From IMG/VR virus record IMGVR_UViG_2579778952_000011, positions 1 through 21,093 of that record: 21,093 bases of DNA. The stretch is one strand, 5' to 3'. Numbering within the stretch: the stretch's first letter is position 1; each line of letters opens with the position of its first letter. Of the stretch, positions 1 through 7,235 are shown in pieces. Position numbers and translations under genes: made by a program. The notes beneath the pieces are model-generated. The model worked only from the letters and a program-made list of their open reading frames with translations. It had not been told where the DNA came from and searched no databases. This DNA comes from a virus. Taxonomy: Duplodnaviria; Heunggongvirae; Uroviricota; Caudoviricetes.

Positions 1-1005
1 TTAATCCCCCGTGGACACTGCGTGGACACTCACGCCACCTTTCAGCGGATTAAGGGCCACCGCATCCTGCAGGTAATCCGGTGCAAAATGTGCATATGCC
101 ATTGTTTGCTGAATGGTTGCGTGGCCAAGAATCTTCTGAAGCGCAATAATGTTTCCTCCGTTCATCACAAAATGGCTGGCGAACGTATGCCGCAGCACAT
201 GCGCAGCCTGGCCTTTTGGCAAATCGGGCTTAACCCTTTTCAGCGCCAGGCAGAATTCCCGGTACTTCACCTCAAACAAGTTGCCTGTTTCTCTGGTTCT
301 GATCGCCTCACAAACCGCCTGTGAAATTGGCACCGTTCTCTTCCGGCCATTTTTGGTTTCAAGAAACGTTACACGGTTATGAACTATCTGTTCACCACGA
401 AGCTTACAAGCTTCACTCCAGCGCGCCCCTGTGCTTAAACACAAAAGCGCAACACGCCAGTAGTCGCCCTCCAGTGTATCGAGCAATAGCGCCACTTCCT
501 TCTGTGACAGGAACGCCATTTCTCGTGGAGATACATAAAGAATAGAAATTCCCCTTACTGGATGTTCTGCATCCCAAAGACCTATTTTTTTCAGCACGGT
601 AAACATTCCGGATAACCGATTCATGTACCTGTTAGCAGATGACGGTTTCAATCCAGCAGCTATCTTTTGAGAACGCCACGCGATAATTTTCAGCTTATCA
701 AGATCCACAGCCTGCATATCAGCGCCAAGCTCATTGATTATGTTGCACAGTTGTTTTCGGTCTTCTTCCGCCTTACGCCTGTGTTGACCGTGATACATCC
801 ACCACAACTCAAGCAAATCATTTAGCGTTCGGCGATCACGGTAGCCCTGTATATATTCCCGCTTTTCAGCGTTCGCCATGATGTAGCGTTCAGTGGCCAC
901 CGCTACCGATTTTTTGTCAAATACCTTACGCACGCGCTTTCCCTTGCGTCCGTTCGGCCTGATGTCCAGCAAATAACGACCATCTTCGAGCTTCTTAATT
1001 GACAT
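1..1005 (-). CDS. int: Tyrosine-type phage integrase (P2 Int-like)
   Basis: The open frame runs 1..1020 with a TTG at 1018..1020. I place the start at the ATG at 1003..1005 (MSIKKLEDGRY...), which has a GGAGGG Shine-Dalgarno 7 nt upstream; that gives 334 aa. The C-terminal catalytic region has R...HxxRH...Y-like spacing (VLRHTFASH...TMAYAH). Stop TAA is at 3..1 on the minus strand. Confidence 0.9.
   Translation of the reverse strand: MSIKKLEDGRYLLDIRPNGRKGKRVRKVFDKKSVAVATERYIMANAEKREYIQGYRDRRTLNDLLELWWMYHGQHRRKAEEDRKQLCNIINELGADMQAVDLDKLKIIAWRSQKIAAGLKPSSANRYMNRLSGMFTVLKKIGLWDAEHPVRGISILYVSPREMAFLSQKEVALLLDTLEGDYWRVALLCLSTGARWSEACKLRGEQIVHNRVTFLETKNGRKRTVPISQAVCEAIRTRETGNLFEVKYREFCLALKRVKPDLPKGQAAHVLRHTFASHFVMNGGNIIALQKILGHATIQQTMAYAHFAPDYLQDAVALNPLKGGVSVHAVSTGD
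11..28 (+). repeat. Putative attL core (gtggacactgcgtggaca), lying inside the last codons of int
   Basis: Matches 19913..19930 (gtggtcactgcgtggaca) at 17 of 18 positions, in direct orientation, exactly at the two expected prophage ends. Confidence 0.6.
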
Positions 1006-1101
1006 TGCGAAGCCCTCCAATGAACCGCCCTACAATTTCTCCAGCCTCTTTCCAGCAATAATCAGACCAGACAAAGAGCAGGTCTAACCAGTTTTCTGGC
1101 C

Positions 1102-1440
1102 TTAGCGGGGTGATTTTTGGTTTGTTTCGGTTGAAACCTGATCGCCCTCCGAATCGAAGAAGCCATCAAGAGAGAGAGGCGGAGCAATCTGCCCCGTCGC
1201 AGCATTAGTTTGATTAAACATCACCCAATCCGAATACTTCCGAAAACGAGGATGATTCAAAATCAGGAGTAACGTTTCTCCAGGTATCATTCTTCCCAAT
1301 ATTTCATAATTTTTGAGATTGTATTGAGATACCCCTGTCACCTCCTCCATCTCTCTACGTGACAATCCCTCTGCCTCTCGAATCAGGCGAAGTTTTTCTC
1401 CAAGGCTTGATTTATGGATCATATGTGATCTAAACTCCAT
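1102..1440 (-). CDS. C: C-type immunity repressor (P2 C-like)
   Basis: A 106-112 aa ORF immediately upstream of int on the same strand, with a helix-turn-helix-like segment (LSRREMEEVTGVSQYNLKNYE) and a GQIAP motif that I recall from P2 C. The start may instead be the internal ATG at 1422. Confidence 0.7.
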   Translation of the reverse strand: MEFRSHMIHKSSLGEKLRLIREAEGLSRREMEEVTGVSQYNLKNYEILGRMIPGETLLLILNHPRFRKYSDWVMFNQTNAATGQIAPPLSLDGFFDSEGDQVSTETNQKSPR

Positions 1441-1470
1441 GCTATTGGGTTACATGTGATACAAAACATT

Positions 1471-1537
1471 CAAATAGCCAAAATAAGCCTATATAAGCCA
1501 TTTTGGGCCATTTGGACGAATTAAGGAGATTACCACA
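1471..1537. promoter_or_regulatory. Divergent early promoter/operator region between the repressor and the cox-like gene
   Basis: Intergenic and AT-rich, with 10-bp-phased direct repeats (ataagcc at 1483 and 1493; gccatttt/gccatttgg at 1497 and 1507) and an AAGGAG Shine-Dalgarno at 1523..1528 ahead of the ATG at 1538. Confidence 0.4.
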
Positions 1538-1735
1538 ATGAGCGAATCAGAGCTTGAGGGGTTCATTCAGGTAGCACCATATCCACTTGAAGCGGTGCCA
1601 TATCAACTATTTGCCAAGATGATTGGTCGCAAAGAATCAACCGTCAGAACCATGATTGACGCTGCAAAGTTACCAACGATTGACTTTGTAAAACCAGGTT
1701 CAGTGAAGACGCGAGCATCAGAAAACTGGGTATAA
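1538..1735 (+). CDS. cox: Cox-like excisionase/transcriptional regulator, probably C-terminally truncated
   Basis: A 65-aa ORF divergent from C with a good Shine-Dalgarno. The segment PYQLFAKMIGRKESTVRTMIDAAKLPTIDF resembles the Cox DNA-binding region as I recall it. P2 Cox is about 91 aa, and this ORF is followed directly by late gene L instead of B/A. Confidence 0.5.
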   Translation: MSESELEGFIQVAPYPLEAVPYQLFAKMIGRKESTVRTMIDAAKLPTIDFVKPGSVKTRASENWV

Positions 1736-1752
1736 CGACTGACCCCGTCAGC

Positions 1753-1823
1753 GGGCGGCGTGCGCGGTGTTCCGGTTTGACTCCGTGACCGTTTACACCG
1801 CGCACCCACCGCCCGATTTTTTT
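1753..1823 (+). terminator. GC-rich imperfect hairpin followed by a T7 run (intrinsic terminator-like)
   Basis: gtgcgcggtgt (1760..1770) pairs with acaccgcgcac (1795..1805), extended by gggcgg/ccgccc, then ttttttt at 1817..1823. The loop is long (about 24 nt), so strength is uncertain. Confidence 0.45.
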
Positions 1824-1838
1824 CAGGAGTGAACCCCC

Positions 1839-2333
1839 ATGAGTATGGTTGCCAGAACTGAACCAAGACCCGCAGAGGACGACATCACCGATACCGATGA
1901 TGGTGATACCCGTATTTCAGCGGGTGCATTCTGGCCGGATATTGTGCTGCGTGAGCTGCGTCTGGCGATACGACTGCCGGGCCGTGTGACCACCTCCCGC
2001 CTGCTGCATACCGCCACCGGGGCAGTGGCACACGTTACCCGCGAGCTGGAAGCGTGGCAGCAGGAACAGCAGGCGGCTGGCCATCTGACGCTGGCCGATG
2101 TTCCGGCACCCGTAATTAACGGAGAAAGCGTCAATCTCTGGCACTGGCGCAATGCTGTTTATACCGCCACACGCGCCCTGATTCTGGAGCGTTACCGCGA
2201 TGCGGACACAACGGACAAGGGCGACCGCAGGGCGGACGCACTGGATATACAGACATCGGATTTGTGGCGTGATGTGAGCTGGGCCATCTCTGACATTCTG
2301 TGCCGCCCGCGAATCTTTGCGGAGTTGTGCTGA
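1839..2333 (+). CDS. L: Head completion/stabilisation protein (P2 gpL-like)
   Basis: A 164-aa ORF immediately upstream of X whose stop overlaps the X start. Position and size match P2 L; identity is inferred from synteny more than from motif recall. Confidence 0.6.
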   Translation: MSMVARTEPRPAEDDITDTDDGDTRISAGAFWPDIVLRELRLAIRLPGRVTTSRLLHTATGAVAHVTRELEAWQQEQQAAGHLTLADVPAPVINGESVNLWHWRNAVYTATRALILERYRDADTTDKGDRRADALDIQTSDLWRDVSWAISDILCRPRIFAELC

Positions 2334-2533
2334 TGAAAGTAAAGGCACTGGAAGGCGACACCGTGGATTCGCTCTGTTTCCGGTACTACGGCACGACGCA
2401 GGGCGTCACCGAAAAGGTGCTGGATGCCAACCCCGGACTCTGCCAGCAGGTATTTCTGGACGCCGGGCAGGACGTGGAGATGCCAGAGCCGGAGAAGAAG
2501 AAACGAGAAATGATTCAGTTGTGGGGGGAGTAG
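2333..2533 (+). CDS. X: Tail protein X (small LysM-like tail component)
   Basis: A 66-aa ORF (MKVKALEGDTVDSLCFRYYG...) with a LysM-like fold signature, ATGA overlap with L, and the expected position before the holin. Confidence 0.8.
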   Translation: MKVKALEGDTVDSLCFRYYGTTQGVTEKVLDANPGLCQQVFLDAGQDVEMPEPEKKKREMIQLWGE

Positions 2534-2535
2534 CA

Positions 2536-2859
2536 GTGAGCACCATTCAAACAGGGATCACAGAGCAGGTTATTGCGTGGCTCTTTGACCACCTGCCAAC
2601 GGTGTATGCAGTAGGCGCGGCGGTCAGCATTTCCGCGCTGATGAGTCTTTATGACGGACGAACACTGGTTCAGACCGTAACGGGATCGCTGGCGTGCGGC
2701 GTTCTTGCCATGGCCGTGGCCGGGTCGTTGCGCTTCTTCGGGTTTCCTGAAGATGCCGTGACGTTTATCGGCGCATCAATCGGTTTTATGGGGGCAGAGA
2801 AAGCACGCGACAAGGTTATTGCGGCCTTTAATCGCAGGGTGAAGGAGAAGGACGAATGA
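2536..2859 (+). CDS. Y: Holin
   Basis: GTG start 6 nt after a GGGGGGAG Shine-Dalgarno; 107 aa with 2-3 hydrophobic helices and a charged C-terminus (KARDKVIAAFNRRVKEKDE). ATGA overlap with the endolysin start. Confidence 0.75.
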   Translation: MSTIQTGITEQVIAWLFDHLPTVYAVGAAVSISALMSLYDGRTLVQTVTGSLACGVLAMAVAGSLRFFGFPEDAVTFIGASIGFMGAEKARDKVIAAFNRRVKEKDE

Positions 2860-3248
2860 GCAACACATTTAAATTCAGCAGCCGGAGCGAAAAGAATTTG
2901 CAGGGCGTAAACCCTGATCTGGTGAAAGTGACCCGACGGGCACTGGAAATTTCGGAAGTGGATTTTGGTATCACCGAAGGGTTGCGCAGCCGTTACCGCC
3001 AGAAGCAACTGGTGGCCACAGATAAGAGCCAGACCATGAACAGCCGCCACCTTACGGGACATGCTGTGGATGTTGTGGCTTATATCGGCAGCCAGGTGTC
3101 ATGGGAATGGCCGCTGTACGAAAAAATCGCAGCAGCATTCAGACAGGCCAGCCGGGAACTGAATATTCCGGTGGAATGGGGCGGCGACTGGAAGACCCTG
3201 AAAGACGGACCGCATTTTCAGTTACCACACGGAGTCTATCCGGCATGA
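2856..3248 (+). CDS. Endolysin, peptidase M15-type (L-alanyl-D-glutamate peptidase-like)
   Basis: A 130-aa protein with the SRHLTGHAVDV and WGGDW...HFQ zinc-peptidase motif pattern. It sits between holin and spanins. It is not the P2 K lysozyme type. Confidence 0.8.
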   Translation: MSNTFKFSSRSEKNLQGVNPDLVKVTRRALEISEVDFGITEGLRSRYRQKQLVATDKSQTMNSRHLTGHAVDVVAYIGSQVSWEWPLYEKIAAAFRQASRELNIPVEWGGDWKTLKDGPHFQLPHGVYPA

Positions 3249-3652
3249 AGCTCTGGCCCACGCTGGGTGTTGCTTTCCTTCTGATTGCCGCATGGGGAAC
3301 ATCCATGCGTCTGTCGTGGTCGCTGGGCCGGGAGAACGCCAGAAACGAAGCGCAGGCCAGCGCCCTGAAAAGTACCGCCGACACCCTGAATATCATCAGC
3401 GCCGGGGTACAGGATATGCAGCAGGTGCTGGCGCAACTCCGCGTGGAAAATCAGCAACGCAATCAGGACGGAGAGGCCAGACGTGAACAGCTACGCAACG
3501 ATATTGCAAAAGATGAATGCGCCCACGCTTTGCCTGACGCTCGTTTTACTGACAGGCTGCGCAGGCACGCAGAACGCGCCACTGCCAGCGCCGTCAGTCC
3601 GGCTTATACCGCAGACGCTGACCATACCGGTAACGCCTCCCCCCTTCCCTGA
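3245..3652 (+). CDS. lysB: i-spanin (Rz/LysB-like)
   Basis: ATG at 3245 overlaps the endolysin stop. N-terminal TM helix (LWPTLGVAFLLIAAW) followed by a coiled-coil-like, charged periplasmic domain. Confidence 0.7.
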   Translation: MKLWPTLGVAFLLIAAWGTSMRLSWSLGRENARNEAQASALKSTADTLNIISAGVQDMQQVLAQLRVENQQRNQDGEARREQLRNDIAKDECAHALPDARFTDRLRRHAERATASAVSPAYTADADHTGNASPLP

Positions 3653-3803
3653 CACTCCCACATGGGGAAATCTCGGTATATGGGGCGACCGCCTTCTGGA
3701 TGCACTGGAAACCTGTAACGCGGATAAACGGGCCATTGAATTACTGGAACAGCGCAGGCTGCAACGACTGAACAACGAGGACAACAACCATGCTGAAAAC
3801 TGA
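3483..3803 (+). CDS. lysC: o-spanin lipoprotein (Rz1/LysC-like), overlapping lysB in another frame
   Basis: Signal peptide with lipobox LLTGC and a proline-rich mature region (PLPAPSVRLIPQTLTIPVTPPPFP). It starts inside lysB and extends beyond it. The start may be the ATG at 3513. Confidence 0.7.
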   Translation: MNSYATILQKMNAPTLCLTLVLLTGCAGTQNAPLPAPSVRLIPQTLTIPVTPPPFPDTPTWGNLGIWGDRLLDALETCNADKRAIELLEQRRLQRLNNEDNNHAEN

Positions 3804-4257
3804 TTCCCTGCGTGAAGCCATGACCCGTTCATGCCGATGGTGTCAGGCTAACCCGGAAAAATTCACCATTTTCGTGGAGAGCGGCAACATTGAAACGACC
3901 GGAGAAACGCCCTCGTTTGTTTACCGCTATCAGATGGTGATGTTTGTCATGGATTACGCCGGGGAGCTGGACGACCTCACGCTGCCGCTACTGGCGTGGT
4001 TATCCGAAAATCAGCCACAGTTGTTGCTCAATCCGGAGCGTAATCAGGACATCAAATTTTCCGCCGTTATCAATGACGATGACAGCGCCGATCTCCTGTT
4101 TACGCTCCCCTTGCGGGAACGCGTTCGCATCACGCGCAGCAGTCAGGGCACACCGCAGGCAGAACACCTGCCGGAGCCAAAACCCCGCCTGCCATCTTCC
4201 GCAGGCGACTGGTCGCATGTATTCCAGGATGTGACGTGGGGTGAAAGCGATGGATAA
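3790..4257 (+). CDS. R: Tail completion protein R
   Basis: A 155-aa ORF, the same size as P2 gpR, in the expected position with translational coupling to lysC and S. Confidence 0.75.
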   Translation: MLKTDSLREAMTRSCRWCQANPEKFTIFVESGNIETTGETPSFVYRYQMVMFVMDYAGELDDLTLPLLAWLSENQPQLLLNPERNQDIKFSAVINDDDSADLLFTLPLRERVRITRSSQGTPQAEHLPEPKPRLPSSAGDWSHVFQDVTWGESDG

Positions 4258-4885
4258 GGCATTCACCCGCGTGGATGAAACCTTTGAGGCCATTCGCGAC
4301 AGCCTGAATCAGCAGGCCATCAATAACATCGCCAGAAAGCTGGCACAGGATTTACGTCGCGCCCAGCAGGCGCGTATCCGGTCACAGAAAGCGCCGGACG
4401 GGACCGCGTGGACACCACGCAGACGCCGCGTAACCCGGATACAGGAGCGCATTCGTTTTATCTGGAATAACGAAGCACGCACGCTGAAAAACTGGCATCA
4501 CGACACGGGGAAATACGGGCGAACCATCACCGGGTGGGATGAGGATAAAAACAGCATCCGCACGTTTTACCGGGATGACATCGACCGCTTTCTGGAAATA
4601 CGCACCCGGCGCATCGACCAGGACAGCACCAGGCGCGTCCCCATGTTCGTAAAACTGCGCACCGCCCGCTACCTGAAAGCCCGTGCAGATGCTTCCGGTG
4701 TGACGGTGGGTTACAGCGGCGTGGCCGCACGTATTGCACGCGTTCATCAGTTCGGTGAGCGCGATCAGGTTGCGCCGGGCATTTTCACCGATTACCCGGT
4801 ACGTGAGCTGCTGGGTATCAGCCAGGCAGATGAGCGCCTGATTTATAACACGGTGCTGGGCCGGATTGCGGAGGCTGTACAGTGA
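4250..4885 (+). CDS. S: Tail completion / virion morphogenesis protein S
   Basis: ATG at 4250 overlaps the R stop (ATGGATAA). At 211 aa it is longer than P2 S as I recall it, suggesting an insertion or extension. Confidence 0.65.
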   Translation: MDKAFTRVDETFEAIRDSLNQQAINNIARKLAQDLRRAQQARIRSQKAPDGTAWTPRRRRVTRIQERIRFIWNNEARTLKNWHHDTGKYGRTITGWDEDKNSIRTFYRDDIDRFLEIRTRRIDQDSTRRVPMFVKLRTARYLKARADASGVTVGYSGVAARIARVHQFGERDQVAPGIFTDYPVRELLGISQADERLIYNTVLGRIAEAVQ

Positions 4886-5463
4886 GCGCAGAACTCATGC
4901 GACTGCTGAGCAACATCATCCGCACCGGGATCATCTCTGAAGTTGATGAGAAGTCCTGGTGCGTGCGCGTTCGCAGCGGCGAACTGGAAACAGGCTGGTT
5001 ACGCTGGAACACCACGCGCGCAGGAGCCTTCAACGTGTGGCTGCCGCCATCACCCGGCGAACAGGTGGTAATTGCCTGCATTGGCGGCAACCCGGAAACC
5101 GCCATGATAATTGGCAGCCTGTGGAGTGATGCCAATCCGGCACCCGGCAAAAGCCTGAAAGAAATCGTGATCAGCGCGCCGGACGGCGCGGTGTTCCGCT
5201 ACGACGCGGACGCAGGCGCACTGAGCGCCAGCGGCATGAAAACGGCCACTTTACAGGCATCCGTCAGCGTGAAACTGGATACGCCCGTCGTGGAATGCAC
5301 AAACCTTCTGAGAACAGCGACGCTTGACGTCACAAAAGGGGGAAAGATGAGCGGCAATATCACGCACAGCGGCGGCGATTTCACCTCAAACGGCATCACA
5401 GTGCATACGCATAAACACGGTGGCGTGAAAGGCGGCAGCGATTCGACAGGAGGCCCGCAGTGA
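4882..5463 (+). CDS. V: Baseplate central spike protein V
   Basis: GTG start overlapping the S stop; 193 aa. N-terminal OB-fold-like region and a Gly-rich C-terminus (HSGGDFTSNGITVHTHKHGG), typical of gpV/gp5-like spikes. Confidence 0.8.
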   Translation: MSAELMRLLSNIIRTGIISEVDEKSWCVRVRSGELETGWLRWNTTRAGAFNVWLPPSPGEQVVIACIGGNPETAMIIGSLWSDANPAPGKSLKEIVISAPDGAVFRYDADAGALSASGMKTATLQASVSVKLDTPVVECTNLLRTATLDVTKGGKMSGNITHSGGDFTSNGITVHTHKHGGVKGGSDSTGGPQ

Positions 5464-5810
5464 CAACCCGCTACACAGGAATGAATCCGGACGGGACGGG
5501 AAACCTGAACGATATGGAGCACCTGAAACAGTCAGTCAGGGACATCCTGACCACCCCGCTGGCAAGCCGGGTTATGCGACGGGAATATGGCAGCCTTGTG
5601 CCTGATTTGATTGACGAACCCATGAATAACACCACGCGTCTGCAATGCATGAGTGCTGCCGTGATTGCGCTGACACGATGGGAACCCCGCATTGCCCTGG
5701 ATGCCATCGACGTTGTCTGGAAAGCGGGAGGCCGCGCAGGGGTGATGCTGTCGGGCACTGTCATGCAGACCATGCAGAATGTTGAGTTAACCATCACGCT
5801 GAGGGAGTAA
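5460..5810 (+). CDS. W: Baseplate wedge protein W (gp25-like)
   Basis: A 116-aa ORF with start overlapping the V stop; its size and position match gpW. Confidence 0.8.
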   Translation: MTTRYTGMNPDGTGNLNDMEHLKQSVRDILTTPLASRVMRREYGSLVPDLIDEPMNNTTRLQCMSAAVIALTRWEPRIALDAIDVVWKAGGRAGVMLSGTVMQTMQNVELTITLRE

Positions 5811-5813
5811 ATC

Positions 5814-6710
5814 ATGCCTGCTGTTGACCTTTCCCAGTTACCGGAACCCGCCATCATCGCGGAGCCTGATTTTGAGGCAATTCTGGCTGACACAAAGGCC
5901 ATGATGATTGCGGCTTATCCCGCCGAACAGCGTGAAGCCGTTTCCGCCGCGCTGGAGCTGGAATCGGAACCCCTTAACGTTATCGCTCAAACCATGTCGT
6001 TTCGTGAAATGCTGTTACGCCAGCGGGTCAATGAGGGGGCTCGCGCCTGCATGTTAAGCCACAGCGCCGGGACAGACCTGGACAACCTCGCGGGCAATAT
6101 GAACACAAAGCGCCTGACCATCACTCCGGCAACGGATACCACCGACGCGGTGATGGAGAGTGACACCTCACTGAGACTGCGGGCGCAGCGGGCGTACGAC
6201 GGCCTGAGTGTTGCTGGCCCGTCAGGTGCATACGAGTATTTTGCCCGCAGCGCCAGCGGTCTGGTGCGTGATGCGCGGGCCATCAGCCCGTCTCCGGCAA
6301 ATGTGACGGTTTCCATCCTGTCCACTGAAGGCGACCGCACAGCAACGGAGGCGTTGCTTAATACCGTTCGCGCCGTTCTGAATGCAGAGGATACCCGTCC
6401 GGTGGCCGACCGCCTGACCGTACAGAGTGCCAGAATCGTGACATGGCGGCTGAATGCAAAACTGTACTTTTACCCCGGCCCGGAATCCGAACCTATTCTG
6501 GCTGCGGCGGAATCGTCGTTCAGGAAGTGGCTGGCTGAGCAGGGGCTTATCGGTCAGGACGTGGCGTTGTCCGCCATTGCTGCCGCACTGCATGTGCACG
6601 GTGTGCAACGCGTGGAGATAATCGAACCCACACAGAATATGGCCATCAGCGACATACAGGCGGCGCGCTGTGAGTCGTTCACCATCAGCGAAGGTGGGCG
6701 TAATGAGTAA
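5814..6710 (+). CDS. J: Baseplate assembly protein J
   Basis: A 298-aa ORF between W and I; its size matches P2 gpJ. Confidence 0.8.
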   Translation: MPAVDLSQLPEPAIIAEPDFEAILADTKAMMIAAYPAEQREAVSAALELESEPLNVIAQTMSFREMLLRQRVNEGARACMLSHSAGTDLDNLAGNMNTKRLTITPATDTTDAVMESDTSLRLRAQRAYDGLSVAGPSGAYEYFARSASGLVRDARAISPSPANVTVSILSTEGDRTATEALLNTVRAVLNAEDTRPVADRLTVQSARIVTWRLNAKLYFYPGPESEPILAAAESSFRKWLAEQGLIGQDVALSAIAAALHVHGVQRVEIIEPTQNMAISDIQAARCESFTISEGGRNE

Positions 6711-7233
6711 TTCGTTGTTACCCCCATCAGCCAGCAATTTCATGCGTTGTGCAGAAGCCGTCGGAACACGCATTACAGACATCCCGGTAGACCTCAACAC
6801 ACTGTGGTCCCCGGACACCTGCCCGGTGCACCTGCTGCCTTATCTCGCCTGGGCATTTTCCGTTGACCGCTGGGATCGCAACTGGCCGGAAGAGACAAAG
6901 CGACAGGTTATTCGTGATGCATGGCTGATACACCGACACAAAGGGACCATCAGCGCACTGCGCCGGGCCATTGAGCCGCTGGGATACCTCATTCGCGTGT
7001 CTGAGTGGTGGGAATTCGGCGGAGAACCGGGAACATTTACCGTTGAAGTCGGCACGCTGGACAGTGGCGTGACGGAGGAAATGTATCTGGAAATGGAGCG
7101 GTTGATTGCTGATGCCCGCCCGGTCAGCCGCCACATGACAGGGCTGAATATCATTCAGGAAATTCCGGGGGATATTTTCGCAGCGGCGGCAACTTATGAC
7201 GGTGAAGTTATCACCATTTATCCAGGCGATTAA
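6703..7233 (+). CDS. I: Baseplate protein I
   Basis: ATG at 6703 overlaps the J stop; 176 aa, the same as P2 gpI. Confidence 0.8.
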   Translation: MSNSLLPPSASNFMRCAEAVGTRITDIPVDLNTLWSPDTCPVHLLPYLAWAFSVDRWDRNWPEETKRQVIRDAWLIHRHKGTISALRRAIEPLGYLIRVSEWWEFGGEPGTFTVEVGTLDSGVTEEMYLEMERLIADARPVSRHMTGLNIIQEIPGDIFAAAATYDGEVITIYPGD

Positions 7234-7235
7234 GC

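Noticed and set aside
1-40. tRNA gene at the integration site
   Set aside because: No tRNA-like sequence was recognisable at either prophage end within the window; the left junction lies inside the int 3' end and the right junction is followed by the flk promoter region.
1823-2361. Minus-strand ORFs (109, 143 and 76 aa) overlapping L and X
   Set aside because: Cys/Arg-rich antisense frames of GC-rich coding sequence; the plus-strand L-X reading with translational coupling is far more parsimonious.
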